A DNA stretch of 64,000 bases. It comes from Cycas panzhihuaensis. Lineage: Eukaryota; Plantae; Cycadophyta. The stretch is taken from contig CM041465.1 of NCBI GenBank assembly GCA_023213395.1, forward strand, positions 213,659,741 through 213,723,740, written 5' to 3'. Position numbers and translations under genes: made by a program. Shown one piece after another: positions 26,756 through 40,718 of this stretch. The first letter of the stretch is position 1. Each line of letters starts with the position of its first letter. The notes below the pieces were generated by a model. That model had not been told where the DNA came from and made no database searches. It worked only from the letters and a program-made list of their open reading frames with translations.

Positions 26756-29700
26756 TGTTGGATATTATGACAACAATTGTTTAAGATTAAAATTTTGGCA
26801 TGTTTTCGACGTGGTTTCCCCCCCTAATCTTTCTCGGGGGGTTCTAAGGGGGGTGGGAGCCCCCCTTGGTTGGGGAATGCGGGGGGAGTGGAACGCCCCC
26901 CACTAAGAGGGGGTTCGAGGGCAATAGCCTCCGATCCAAAAAATTAGCCCTGTAAACCTTATTAAAATGTAAAGAGAACCAGGATTGTTCAATACAAATA
27001 CCCTAGATTCCACGGTTGAGATTCATGCCTTGGATGCCCCTCTCATGTAGCCCGTTTTAGGGCTTTTCTTATTATGTTGAATGTAATGTAATATACTGTG
27101 ATGAGGCCGATAGCTGGTTATCGTTCCTGAGAATACTCTGCTATTGAGATATACTATTTCTCCATTCTATAATAATAAATATCGATACCTTTCCTATGTG
27201 AATGTTTCCTTAGCACACTACTAGGGTTTTACCATGTTATATCAGGTGCATATGTGATGTTTAGCTTGTATATTAATGTTATTGCATTATCTCTAATTTT
27301 AGAACTTGCATGTTAAATCTTAGTTTCGATTCCTGTAACTAGTTACAAAATAGTTCAAATCTTGTGGCAGTTTAAAGTTTGGGACCTTGTATTCTCAACA
27401 AGTGGTACCAGAGCCACTTTTTATTTTGCAACAAGTCTGTGAAGGTTTTGGTGTTAGCTTTTCTGCACCAAAATGACGAAACTAATAGGTGCAAAGTTCG
27501 AGGTGGAGAAATTCAATGATAAGAACAACTTCGAGTTGTGGAAGCTAAAAGCGCATGATATTCTTGTACAACAAGATTTGTACAAAGCCCTTGTAGGTAA
27601 ATCAAAGAAAACTGCAGGGATAGACGATGATGATTGGGATGACTTAGATAAAAAGGCACTCAGTATAATATGATTATGCTTGGCAGATGAAGTCTTGTTT
27701 AACATCATAGGGAAAGAGATAACAACATGATTATGGACCCGGTTAGAAGGCTTGTATATGACCAAATTAGTAACAAATTGAATCTACCTAAAGAGGTAAC
27801 TGTACTTGTTACAGATGAGGGAAGGTACAAAAATCGTTGACCATTTAAATATTTTCAATACTCTTATTTGTCAATTAACTAGTATCGATGTTAAAATTGA
27901 GGATGAGGATAAGGCTGTTACCTTATTATGCTTATTACATGAATCTTGGGATAATATTGTCAGCTTAATTAGTTTTAGCACTATAGATGTATTGGATTAT
28001 GATTCTATTGTGAGTGCTTTGCTAATGGAAGAAGTGCAGAGGAAATCTAGTTTTGAATCCTCCACACTAGAAGCCATGACAGTAAGAGGTAGAACATTTG
28101 ATAGAGGACAAAACTCCATGGATACATCAAGGTCCAAGTCAAAGAGCAAAAAGAGTAAGCTCAGGTGTTGGCATTGTAATAAGACTAGTCACCTCAAGAT
28201 GGATTTTTCAAAAGGAATGAGTTCTAGAAAAAGGAAGATCCTGCCAAGGAGGTAAATCAGGTGGACTCAAATCAAGGTATGGATGATGATGTCTTGGTTA
28301 CTTGTAATGTTTCTCATTATCACCATGACTGGTTATTAGATTTAGGTGCTTCACACCACATGTGTCCACACAAGAGTTGGTTCTCATCATACCAACCTCT
28401 TGATGGTGGTGATGTGCTTATGGGAAATGAAGTTACTTATAAGATAGTGGGCATTGGTAGTATCAGGATTAAGATGTTCGACAGGGTAGTCTGAATATTA
28501 ACTGAGGTTAGGCATGTACCTAATTTGAAAAGGAATCTAATTTCCTTGGGTGAATTAGATTCAGGTGGTTTTAAGCATACAGGTCATGAAGGAGTCCTAA
28601 AGGTATCAAAGGGTGTCTTGGTTGTTATAAAAGCCTTAAAGAAAGGAAATCTTTACATTTTAGTGGGAAGTATATATGTCAGCCAAGTAGTTACAATATC
28701 AAAGACTGTAAAAGATCTAGCCCAATTATGGCATCATAGATTTGGGCACATGAGTGAGAAAAGACTTAAAGGTGCTAATAAACTATAAGTTGCTACCTAA
28801 CTTGCAGCTTTCAGATTTGGCTTTATGTAAACATTGTATTTTTGGAAAGCATTATAGACTTAGGTTTAAAGTAGGGAGTCACACTAGTAAAGGCATTCTA
28901 GATTACATACATTTAGATGTATGGGGACCAACCCCTAAAATATCTTGTGGAGGATCATTGTATTATGTCACATTTATAGATGATTTCTCTAGGAAGGTAT
29001 GAGTCTATTTTTTGAAAAGGAAATATAAAGTTTTTAGTGTGTTTAAGCAATTCAAGGCTCTGGTTGAGAACAAGACTGGTAAGATAATCAAATGTTTAAG
29101 AACTGATAATGGAGGTGAGTTCAACTCCTTAGAGTTTGAGAACTATTACAGAGAAGCTGGGATCAAAAGACACAAGACCACTAGCTATACTCTATAGCAA
29201 AATGGCATTACTGAGCACATGAATATGACACTCTTGGAAAGAGCAAGAAGCATGCTAAGTAATGCAAGAGTGGAGTAGGGCTTGTGGGTAGAAGCTATTC
29301 AAATAACTTGCTATCTGGTAAACAGGTCACCATCACTTGTAATAGATTACAAGATTCCTGAAGAGGTATGGACTGGACATCCATGAGATTATTCAAATTT
29401 AAAAGTTTTTGGTTATGATGCTTATGCCTGGACTAGAAAAAGTAAACGTTCAAAGTTAGACCCAAAATCCAAGAGATATATCTTTGTTAGTTATGGTAAT
29501 AAGGATGGTGTGAAGGGATACAGGTTGTGGGATCCTACTTCCCACAAAATCACCATTAATAGAGATGATGTATTTGATAAATCTCCTATTATAAAATCAA
29601 ATAGTGGAGAAGTTGAAATGAAACAAGAGTAGTAAGCTGAACATTAACAAGTCAAGTTTGAAATACAGCCATCTGTGGAATCAGAAGAACATGAAGATCT

Positions 29701-32042
29701 TTCTGAAGATGAATCTGCAACAGATTTATAGGAGTATGTGGACACTCCTTTGCCAACAGTTAGAAGATCTACACGAGTAAGTCATCCACGTGACAAGTAC
29801 AACCCATCTACTTCTATTGCTTTGGTTTCTAATGATGGTGAGCCTATATGTTTTTAGGAAGCAATAGATGATATCCATGGTGAGAGGTAGAAAAAGGCTA
29901 TGAAGGAAGAGATAGATGCTTTGAAGAAAAATAATTCATGGGACTTAGTAGAACTTTCACATGGCAGGAGGACTGTTGGTTGCAGGTGGGATTTTAAAAA
30001 GAAAATATATATTGATGGAAAGGTTGATGAATATAGGGCAAGATTGGTGGCTAAAGGTCTTGCATAGAAAACAGGTATTGACTTTCATGAGATCTTTTCA
30101 CTAGTTGTCAAACTTATTTTAATTCCAGTGCTGTTAGCATTGGTAGCTTCTCTTGATTTGGAGTTAGAGCAGTTAGATGTAAAAACAACTTTTCTACATG
30201 GAGATTTAGATGAGGAGATCTATATGGATCAACCAGAAGGGTTTATATAAGATGGCAGGAAAAGACTTATTTGCAGGCTCAGAAAATCATTATATAGCCT
30301 GAAGCAATCACCCAGGCAGTGGTACAAGAAGTTTGATGCCTTCATAGAGAGCCAAAATTTTAAAAGAAGTGAGTATGATCATTATATTTACTTTAAATTG
30401 ATGGACAATGGCTTATTCATTATCTTGGTATTATATGTTGATGACATGCTGGTTGCAAGCAAGAGCATGGAAGAAATCAATAAGCTAAAGACTCAATTAG
30501 CTAGGATTTTTGATATGAAGGATCTAGGAGCTGCAAAATAAATCTTAGGTATGGTAAGCTATGGTTATCACAGTAGAAATATGTGGAGAAGGTGCTAACC
30601 AGGTTTGGTATGGCAAATGTGAAACCAATAAGTATCCTATTGGCTTCCCACTTCAAGCTTTCTTCGAATATGAGTCCTAGTAGTGAAGAAGAAAAGGCTT
30701 ATATGTCTTATGTGCCTTATGCCAGTGTAATAGGAAGTTTGATGTATACCATGGTATGTACAAGACCTGATATTTTACATGTAGTCGGTGTAGTTAGCAG
30801 GTTTATGACAAATCTAGGGAGAGAATATTAGGCTGCAGTGAAATGGGTGCTTCGATATTTGAGAGGCACAAGTGACTACTACATCACCTTTGGAGGTACA
30901 TATAATTAGGTTTATGGATATGTTGATTTAGACTTTGCAGGAGATTTAGACAAATGAAGGTCTACTTCAAGTTATGTTTTCACTCTTGCAAATGGTCCAG
31001 TTAGTTGGATGTCCAAATTGCAGAGCACAATTACACTGTTAACCATGGAAGTTGAATATGTTACTGTAGCACATGCTTGTAAAGAAGCATTCTATAGACC
31101 TTAGAAGGAGATAGGAAAATGTAAAGGTATTTTATGATAGTTAAAGTGCCATTTACTTAGCCAAGAATCTGGCTTATCATAGTAGAATAAAGTATATTAC
31201 TCTTAAGTACCATTTTATTAGATAGGTTATGGAAGTAGGTGGAGTGGCACTTGAGAAGATTCACACCAATCATAATTATGTTGATATATTCACAAAACTA
31301 GTACCAGTAGAGAAGTTTAAATGGTATTTGACTTCTTTTAGCTTGTAGAAAAGATGATGAAGGGTCCAGGAAAGGTACCGAGTAAATTGTTATAAAGGTG
31401 GAGATTATTGGATATTGTGACAATAATTGTTTAAGGTTAAAATTTTGGCATGTTTTCTGCGCAGTTTCCCCTCCTAATCTTTCTTAGGGGGTCCATAAGG
31501 TGAGCCCCTTGGCCTGGGATACGGGGGGAGTGAAATGCCCCTCGCTAAGAGGGGGTTCGAGGGCAATAGCCCCTGACTCAAAAAATTAGCCCTATAAACC
31601 TTATTAAAATGTAAAGAGAATCATGGTTATTCGATACAAATACCCTAGATTCTATAGTTGAGATTCATGCCTTGGATGTCCCTCTCATGTAGCCCATTTT
31701 AGGGATTTTCTTATTATGTTGAATGTAATGTAATTTATTGTGATGAGGGCAGCAGCTGGTTGTTGTTCCTGAGAGCACTTTACTACTAAGATGTGCTATT
31801 TCTCTGTTCTACAGTAATAAAGATCGATACCTTTCATGTGTGGATGTTTCCGTAGCACAGTGCTAGGGTTTTACCATGTTATATCAGGTGCATATGTGAT
31901 GTTTAGCTTATATATTGATGTTATTGTATTATATCTAATTTTAGAACTTGCATGTTAAATCTTAGTTTTGATTCCTATAACTAGTTGCAAAATAGTTTAG
32001 ATCTTGTGGCGGTTTAAATTTTGGGACCTTATATTCTCAACA
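26756..32042 (+). mobile_element. Element E: full-length Ty1/Copia, Tnt1/Tork-like
   Basis: LTRs 26756-27400 and 31406-32042; perfect TSD AATAA. PBS TGGTACCAGAGCC at 27403; PPT AAAGGTGGAGAT. Confidence 0.95.
27473..31350 (+). pseudogene. Tnt1-like gag-pol of element E, disrupted by stops/frameshifts
   Basis: AKFEVEKFNDKNNFELWKLK, CWHCNKTSH, WLLDLGASHHMCP, LWHHRFGHMSEK, LDYIHLDVWGP, CLRTDNGGEF, LYVDDML, MVCTRPDI. Confidence 0.93.
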
Positions 32043-34876
32043 AATAATCCTTTTAACTTTTGGATAATATAATTTATAGGATGTATGTGAGTCACTATAT
32101 CCTATAAATAAATACTTAGTCCTTTTGTCATTTAATTTTGTTCTCCCTTATTCTAGAATATATACGTAAGCTATGTACCTAAAAATTATAAAATGTTTAA
32201 TGCTTAACTTATAACCTATCTAGGCTTCTTTAAGTATAACCCATCTCACTACTTTGGTGGTATATTTGTTCAATAAATAAACAATTGTATGTATAACTTC
32301 TACCCAATATTCATTACCAAGATGCTTATCCATGAGCATACTTCTAGTTATTTAAATAGTTATCTTATTTTTTCTTTTTGCAACTGTATATCGTTAAGAT
32401 GTATAGGAATTTATGAATTGTTCTCTTATCCTAAAATATTTTCAATAATCCTTGAATTCATTTGAAATAAATTCTCCCCTATTATCTAATCTTAGTATCA
32501 ATATCTTATATCCACTCTATCTTTGAACTATATTTTTGAAGTTAATAAAGAATTAGAGTGCATATAACTTAAATTTGAGAAAGTAAATCCAAGTCATCCT
32601 TATAAAATCATTAATGCATGTTATGAAATACTAGGCTCCTTTAAGTGAAGGCACATCCATTGGTCCATATAAGTCTATGTATACTAGTTGAAGAGGCCTA
32701 TTAGCCCTATAACTTTTATTAAGGAATTCTTTCCTTTATTATTTACTTAGTATAAACCTTCACACACTTCTTTGTTATGTTCAATATTAGGTAGTTCTAT
32801 CATCATTTTCATCTTTTTTATTAAGGTTAAACTATTATAGTTCACATGGCCAAGTCTTTTATGCCAAGTTTCACTATCCATATTAATTGAAGCCTTTAAG
32901 GCATAATAATTAGTTGGGAGAATGACTAGTTTGAAAGACCTATTACTAGTCATTTGCCCCTTAGAAACTATTGTTTTATTCCTTAACTTATCCTTAATGA
33001 TGCAGTTTCTATTGTCAAAAATCACCTTATATTTTTGCTCCATTATTTATCCTACTAATAGTAAAATTTTCTTAAGTGTAGGGATATGGAGTATATCATT
33101 GATACATCTTATTTCTTTAAAGTCTATTTAGATAACTAAATTCCCTTTTGTCAACTATAGCTTGAGTGGTATTATTACTAAATACAATTATGCTCCTTTT
33201 GGTGTTGTCCAATTCTTTAGAACATTCTTCTCTAGGTGTCATGTGGGTAGAACATCTAAAGTCAATATACTAACTATCTTTTTCCTCATTTGCCATTAAA
33301 ATTGATAGAAAGAGTCTCTCATTTTTCCTTTCTTCTACTATTATATAACTTATTCCTCTTTGTAAGTTAGATCTTTTTGTGAAATAATTTTCTTTTAAGT
33401 GTCTATTTCTATAGAAATAGGAATATTAAATTATTCCTTTACCTCTAGGATACCTTTCTCTTTGTCATTGGTTCCTACCTTTAGGACCCTCTTCCCTGAG
33501 GTGTAAAATTTTATCCTTAGTCTTTATTAAATTAACCTTGAAAATATATTTATTCTTAATTTTAAAATTAATTTAAACCTTAATGAAAAAGACCTTGACC
33601 TTGATGATATTGTCCTTATCCTTGATAAACTTGTCTTTATCTTTGATAAAATTAATTTTGATTCCTAAGGTTTTGATCTCTTTGTCTAGGAGATTATCCT
33701 ATTCCTCTAGAACTTTGGCCTTAAAAAGTAGGCCTAATCTTTGCCTTGGTGGTAAATTCAAGTTTTAAAAATTTACTACCTCCTTTTTTCTCTTCAATAA
33801 CAAATAAAGTTGCACTCAATTGATTAATTTTGAGGCTAGTTAGGTCTTTGAAAATCTCAATATTTGTTTTAACCATTTTGAATCTTTTAATATCACTAAC
33901 ATAACTTAAGATCTTCTTTACCACTCTTTATATAGTAATAATTTCTCTTAAGGCCTTTATTTGGTTGACTAGGCCTTATATTTTAGTTACGAAGTCATTT
34001 ACTATTTCATTGTTATTCATCCTATAGTTTTTAAACTTACTCCTTAATGTTTAGAGTTTAGATGCAACAACTCATTTGTAGATGGTCTTCTATACGTCTT
34101 ATACCTCCTTTGGTGTAGTTACTTCACTATTCCTTGGAAATATGTGATCCTCTAATGCATAAATGATGAATGGAAAGACTTCATTGTATTGCTTTTCATT
34201 ATCCTTGTAGGTCTTCTTTTGGTCTTTAGTTGCATTAACATCAAGTGCTCCATAACTTATTTCAATCGAGTCCTATATATCCTTTGATATAAAGATGGGT
34301 TTCATTCTTTGGCTCTAATTCAAAAAGTTAGTATCATTAAAATTTAGCACTATTACATTACTTATGCTTGAGGCCATAATAAAGAAAATTAATTTAAAAT
34401 AAATTACTTAAAAAAGTAAAAGTGCTTGAATGAGATACTAAAATATACTTAAACAAGGCAATGAAAACACTCAAAAAACACAAGAAAAACATGTTCTCCT
34501 TTAACTTTGGGATATGCAAAAATGTTCTAATTGGGACTTAACCTCCTCACAAGTAAGATTTTATATTAATGATGATTACAAGCTAAAGTTTTACTAGAGT
34601 TTTTTAAAGGTCATCTCTCAGGAAGCCCACAAACTAACATCAATTTTAATTATGAAAATATTATATAAAATGACTTCAAAATCACTTAAATAATTATTCA
34701 CTCAATAGAGGATCAAAATACAAACCCAATTCCTTAAATGACACTTAATTCTAACTTCTTATAACTAAGTTATACATTAAAAGATATAAGAAGGTTCAAA
34801 GGGATAAAGAGCCCTTTAGTACGTGAACCATAAGGAAGTTTTTTATTAACTTTTAGTTATTAAAAATACTATCAAA

Positions 34877-35588
34877 TGTAGACCTAACATAGTTATGTGA
34901 TCACTCATTTTGTTTAGGTGGAAATGAAGAATGATTTAGAGTTGCCAGATCTAAAAATGGGTCTTGTTAGTGACTGATATCCTTGCTAAAGTAGAAAAAA
35001 GTACTTAATTTAAAGAAGGCCTTCTTAAAAAATAACTTAGCCCCTTTGAAACTATTCCTTGGTTATTTCAATACTAAATATAACCTATAGGCTATATGGA
35101 TAAGTAGGGGCTATAAACAATAAATTCAATAAAATATAGAAAATAGTTTAATTTCTTAAATTAGTAATAATATTAAATTCTTAATAATAGTGATTAATTT
35201 CACTAGCCACTAATTAGAAGTGCACCTAGTTTGTCACTATCGAGCACATGAATTAAAGTATTAAAAAAACTATTATATGGCCACCCCTCAGTTTTCCATG
35301 TATGTACAAATAACCCTATGGTCAAAGAAGAGGTATATGCATGTGAGAATAAACATAAATATGGAATGCTTGGTATTGGTGTTGGATGCCCCTTTCCACA
35401 TAGTAAGTAGGGAAATAAACAATCGACATGCAAGTAATAAAAGATGCAAGGGACCCTAGATCTGAAACCACAATTACAAACTCTAAGTTTACATTTCTAC
35501 TACCTTAACTATATAATGAATGCAATGCATTTGGATGAATAGAGCTTAGGCTATGGGGCATAGTCGAAAGATGGTGACTACTACTACA
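34877..35588. mobile_element. Possible Tat/Ogre-like LTR fragment or solo LTR
   Basis: Starts TGTAGACC, contains GAGTTGCCA (cf. Ogre GAGTCGCCA) and ends ACTACA; no matching TSD. Confidence 0.3.
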
Positions 35589-36753
35589 AAATATCCATAC
35601 ATTGTATGATGGTATTGATGGGTGGGTCTAGACTAGTATAAGAAGAGAACACATTTTAAAAATACCAAAAAACTCTTAATGTAAAAATAACAAAACATTC
35701 ACCTTCTAATTGGTGGTAATTATTTTCCTCCCATATCTTGGTTCTTACACTATATCTATGACCAAAAAAAAGAGAGAGGATATAGTCGATATCTCATAGT
35801 CACAAAATAGACCCAAATATGATATCTTGTAGCTACAAATAGACCCAGGTAGGATAGCTATGAAATGAGATTGAAATTTCTTGCTTTTAAGTATATTAAC
35901 AACTAAAATTTAGAGGACAAATTCTTGATGATAGATCTGATAGACTTGGCACCAACAGAAACGAATTCATAGGCTATGCAATAAATAAAGCAAATGAATA
36001 GTTTAAGGAGAAAATAACAACTTGTCACTTTATATAGACCTTGAGAAAGAAATGAAATAAACATATTTTATATGGATTGTAGCACTAATATTTATCAACA
36101 TTGTTAGCCTACTCATCACTCACATCATGAGGTTGTAGATTTGGTATTATATTATGATCAACTTTGCTTTTGTAGTGCCACAACTACTTATAATATAGTA
36201 ATTGAATCAAGGCCATATTCAGGAGCAACCTACCTAGAAATTTGATGCTACTATTAGATAATATTTAGTTATACTAAGTGAAACTGAAGCACTTTTTCTT
36301 AGGAAAAAATAAGAGACCTTTATCTAGGTGAACTAGATGTAATGACATAAGTATAAGCTTGTAAATAAATATATTAGATGAAAAATGCTATAAATGGATT
36401 GACATACATAAATACCTTTGTTTATGATTTATGTATATAATCAAGCTTTAGGTGCTTAGGATATGCAATAGATAGAGGAGTATGTGCATACTAGTGATCC
36501 CTTTGAACAATCACCTGACAACTTTATGAGATAAATAGATGTATATATAACTAGTATAAAGCTTTGATAGGTTAAAAGCTTTGATAGATAGTAGAGACTA
36601 CTCCAAAACATACACTTTGAATTAGATGTAATATGCTAATGTAATAATATGAATCCTTACATATAAATAGATCTACAAAGGGACATATTGATGGATGGGA
36701 AAGCTCTTATAGAATCATTATAACAAGATTAAAACTCTACTGCTCTAACAATA

Positions 36754-37092
36754 GATTTGATACCAAATGATAGAATCAAAGGACAAAGAGAGTAGAAATT
36801 GAAATGAAATAAAAGTAATATAGGGATAATATTCAATTCATAAGGATGGTGGTATTAATAAATACTAGGGTCTTCAAACCCCTTGAATAAATAGGCAGGA
36901 TCGAGAGGATTTAGGCATACCTCTCATGGTCTATCACTAATTGGCATTGATAAATGCCTGGCATAGTTCCACCTAGATATCTCCATTGATTTAGGTTATT
37001 ACCCTAATATGGGTAGTCTCCCCAAGGTGGCTACTTGCCCTAATATGGGTATTATTCCAATAATTAGGTCAATATATTATATAAGAGTAACA
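36754..37092 (-). mobile_element. Decayed PBS + LTR of an old minus-strand LTR element
   Basis: GATTTGATACCA-AA-TGATAG junction; internal duplicated CCCTAATATGGGTA; right end uncertain. Confidence 0.4.
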
Positions 37093-39003
37093 TGAATATC
37101 TTACCTTTTGTATATGAGAATAATAGCACTTGTTATATGTTGTACAATAGTAGCTTGTGAAACTTTTTTTTGTCTCTTATGTATAAGATATATATGTGTT
37201 CTTTCTCCATCTGTGTACACTTACAACTTTCTTTTGGTAACTAATAAAATTTTATCAACTAATAATCAATAATTTAAACATACTAACTCTAAGAATAGGG
37301 CATGCTACCTGAATTAGTCAAGTTAGTTTTAACATGATAATGTAAATAGTATATTCTTGTAGCTCTTATTTAGATTTCTCAATGACAAATATATATTTGA
37401 TATTAGTTGGACTCCTCAACAATTGATTGCTGTACCAAGTAAATAAATATATGAGACTTCTCTATATCTCATAAATAAGCAAATAAATAACATCATCTTA
37501 TTAACTTTCTAACAAATAAACATTGGGTCCTTCATTAATAAAAATTAGGTGGTGTCATTAATCATTATATGTGTAATACATCAAATGATCATGACATTTG
37601 ATTAGTGAAGCTATAATCACTTCATCAAATATGTTAATTACCAAGGGGGATTCTCATCATATCTGGTATATCTAAGATTCCCATAATAAATTTTATCAAA
37701 TACGTCCCACATCATGAATCTTTCATCAATTTTGAGTCTTAAACTATTATTAATGAGACTTTATATATTCAATTCTAAACAAAATATACTTTTTCTTTAA
37801 TCATATATCACAAATTTATATCAACATATATTTGAGAGCCTTTAAAATATTTTAAAAATGCCAAAATAGATATTAAACTATTAAAAAGTTATAACTTTTA
37901 TCATGTCAAAATTACTTTATTCAACCTACACATTAAAATATTTATCTTTTAATCTCTAAAATATGATTTACAACCACTTTTTTTGACAGTATCAAAATTC
38001 TCTTTCTAATACAACTAATGGCTAAAAAAATAGACTCTTATATGAAAAGTTATGCTCAAAAGAGTGATAGTGTATCATCTAAACATGAACATTCCTTAAG
38101 AAAATAAGTTTAGTCCCTTTTTAGTTTGGGTTGTCAATTGTGGTTGTGCTCCATATGACTGTCTAACTTTATAGAGGGCACTTAGGTAGATTCTAAAATG
38201 CATTCCAATTGAATTAAATTTACCAAAAATATCACAAATTTGTTTAACATAGGTCAATTTTTTTTTACTTGCATGCTAATATTTTGTCAACTTAAGTAAT
38301 TAAAAATTGACTTGCAAACACCAAAATATGGATTGAAATTGGTCTCTTTTATTCATGCGAATGATGATTATAGTAGATATTTAGTATTAGTAAATATTCT
38401 TGAATATGTTTAGATGAACTTTATATGGTCAACAAGGTGATGTGTATAGTATATGGATAGTTATAACACAGGGTCTTGGCTCCTTTACATAGACAATTTG
38501 ATCCATGATGATGGCTAACCCACTTCAGTAAATAGATATAAGTAACAATGATGGAATCATGATCACACAATTCACTCTTCTCTATAGATACTTATAAATG
38601 TAGGCATAGGGTACTTAGTTCTTCACAAAATCTTATGGTGAAATTGGAGTCCAATGATAATTATAGTGTGATACTAGTAGGGTAGATGAATATGCTTTAT
38701 AAGATGATTGGAGAGAAGGTGGAAAAATATTCAGTAGTAGTTTATGTGATACCTTCCAAATATAGTGTTTATATTAAAGCATAATACAACATAACACTCA
38801 ACAATGCTTCAAACCTTTACCATTTTCTTTAAAATAATTCCTTCATTCTATGTCAATTTAGTGTATTATATAACAACTTCTTCATGTTTGTAATGTATCA
38901 CCCATATACATACCATTAATTATCAATTATTACAAGAGCAATTTTTATTTATTTATTTATCTCACCTATTAACGAAAAGAATCTATCACAATCAACTAGT
39001 CTG

Positions 39004-39005
<2 letters not shown>

Positions 39006-39075
<70 letters not shown>
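39006..39075. repeat. Compound poly(A) + (TA)n microsatellite
   Basis: About 31 A followed by about 19 TA units. Confidence 0.97.
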
Positions 39076-39077
<2 letters not shown>

Positions 39078-39979
39078 CAAACCCTTATATAAAATTATAT
39101 ATATACCCATCTCATTTTTCATCATAAATATGCTCTTACTTTTAACATACCCTTAACATGATATAATAAATTTCATATGCTGTCATAATTTCTAGCCCAT
39201 AAACTCTTAATAAACCATCATTATTTATGTCTATATAACATACCTTTGATTACTAACATGTCGTACATCATGGTGGTAAAATAATATACCTTCATAATTT
39301 ACCGCATATTAATTAGTATAAGTATGTTGCCTATTTTACATACTTGATGGGACATTAGTTATTGTATTTCTCTCATAGGGTGATCAATCTTATTTGGCTA
39401 ATCACATCATTAATAACACCTTACTTTATCTATTATTTTTTATTGTGAGATTTAGTAAAATGATTAGTTTCACAAAATCTTGGCCACATCTACAAGAGGT
39501 CAGTTTGCATAGGTGAACTCAATTGGGAACAATTACTCTCATCACATCATATTTAATGGACTAGTTTAAACCTACATATTCATGGATACTAGTGCACTAC
39601 ATGCTTAAAATAAATATCCATAATATATTTAATAATCAATGTACCTATCAGTCTTATTATATTCATCTTGATATGGCTTTATCATTATTTATATACAACT
39701 CTAAATTAACTTCATCTTGTCCCAAAATCTTGGCCACATATCACTGGCATAATCATTTTTGTCTCATTAAACATTCCTCAAATTGGCCTTATCATTGGCT
39801 TCATAAATAGCTTAATTATTGGTTTAATAAGTTCATCAACTAGCTCATATAGGCTTCAATTTGTCTCCACAAGATCTTTCATAACATGGCTAGTAACCAA
39901 GCTTTAATAGGCTTATATTATCATTGTGGCTCTGATATTTCACTATGTCTCTAATACAATATTAGAAATTTTAAATTTA

Positions 39980-40479
39980 TTGATACTATGTTAGAATGTA
40001 TTTATCATGCATAGAAAAAGTATATTAATAATGTACATAAATATAATAATGTATGATCAATATATCAAGTAATATTATGGACATAAATTAATATAATATT
40101 GACAAGCATGTATTATAAGACATAATAGATTTAGAAAACCCAAGATGGGAAAAACCATAGGAGAAGGTTAGAGTCAGTAGCTTTAATTTATTATGATCTT
40201 CAAATGATTGCATCTCTAAACTTGATCATTTCTTAAATTTTATCAAGTTCTCAAGTGGTGTGCATACATATTTATATATTATGTCATCTCATGAATAGCC
40301 TATAATATCTTTAAACCTTTTTATCATCCAATACATGTGTGTATATATTTATAGATTTGTACATGAATATATGTACATGTTATATCTATCAATACTTTTG
40401 GGTGTGGGAATGTGTTAGACCACAACCTTATATTAAACATTACATATGTGAGAATAATCACATATTCCAATATTTTAAA
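39980..40479 (-). mobile_element. PBS remnant + ~490-bp LTR, probably same family as solo LTR 58157-58645 (opposite orientation)
   Basis: TTGATACTA-TGTTAG junction. The reverse complement of 40131-40170 matches CCTTCTCCCATGGTTTTTTCC..TGGGTTTTCC at ~58415-58452, and the lengths are similar. Confidence 0.5.
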
Positions 40480-40652
40480 CCACAACTAAAGTATAATTAA
40501 GTTATTTATTAAGAAGGGAAAAAAATTACATTGAAATATATGCAAAAATCCCATTTAAAGGAGACTTAATATAGCTACTATCTACTACCATTTAGAGAGA
40601 AAATATTGTCTAAAATGATCACAATGGGCCCTTAGATATGAACTCTTCAATG

Positions 40653-40654
40653 CA

Positions 40655-40710
<56 letters not shown>

Positions 40711-40718
40711 CACACACA
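40653..40718. repeat. (CA)n microsatellite, imperfect
   Basis: Direct reading. Confidence 0.97.

Larger units (their letters stand above)
25690..34377 (-). mobile_element. Element D: degenerate minus-strand Ty1/Copia (gag-PR-IN-RT), truncated within RT, interrupted by element E; LTRs not identified
   Basis: gag ATG ~34377; protease YIDFRCSTHMT ~33240-33275; WHKRLGHVNY (ORF 32747-33043); RT MDIKSTFLNNYINEELYVQQPNGF (ORF 25953-26144) and YIDDL. Removing E restores KRIIMSRNIIFKEDE. Confidence 0.88.
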
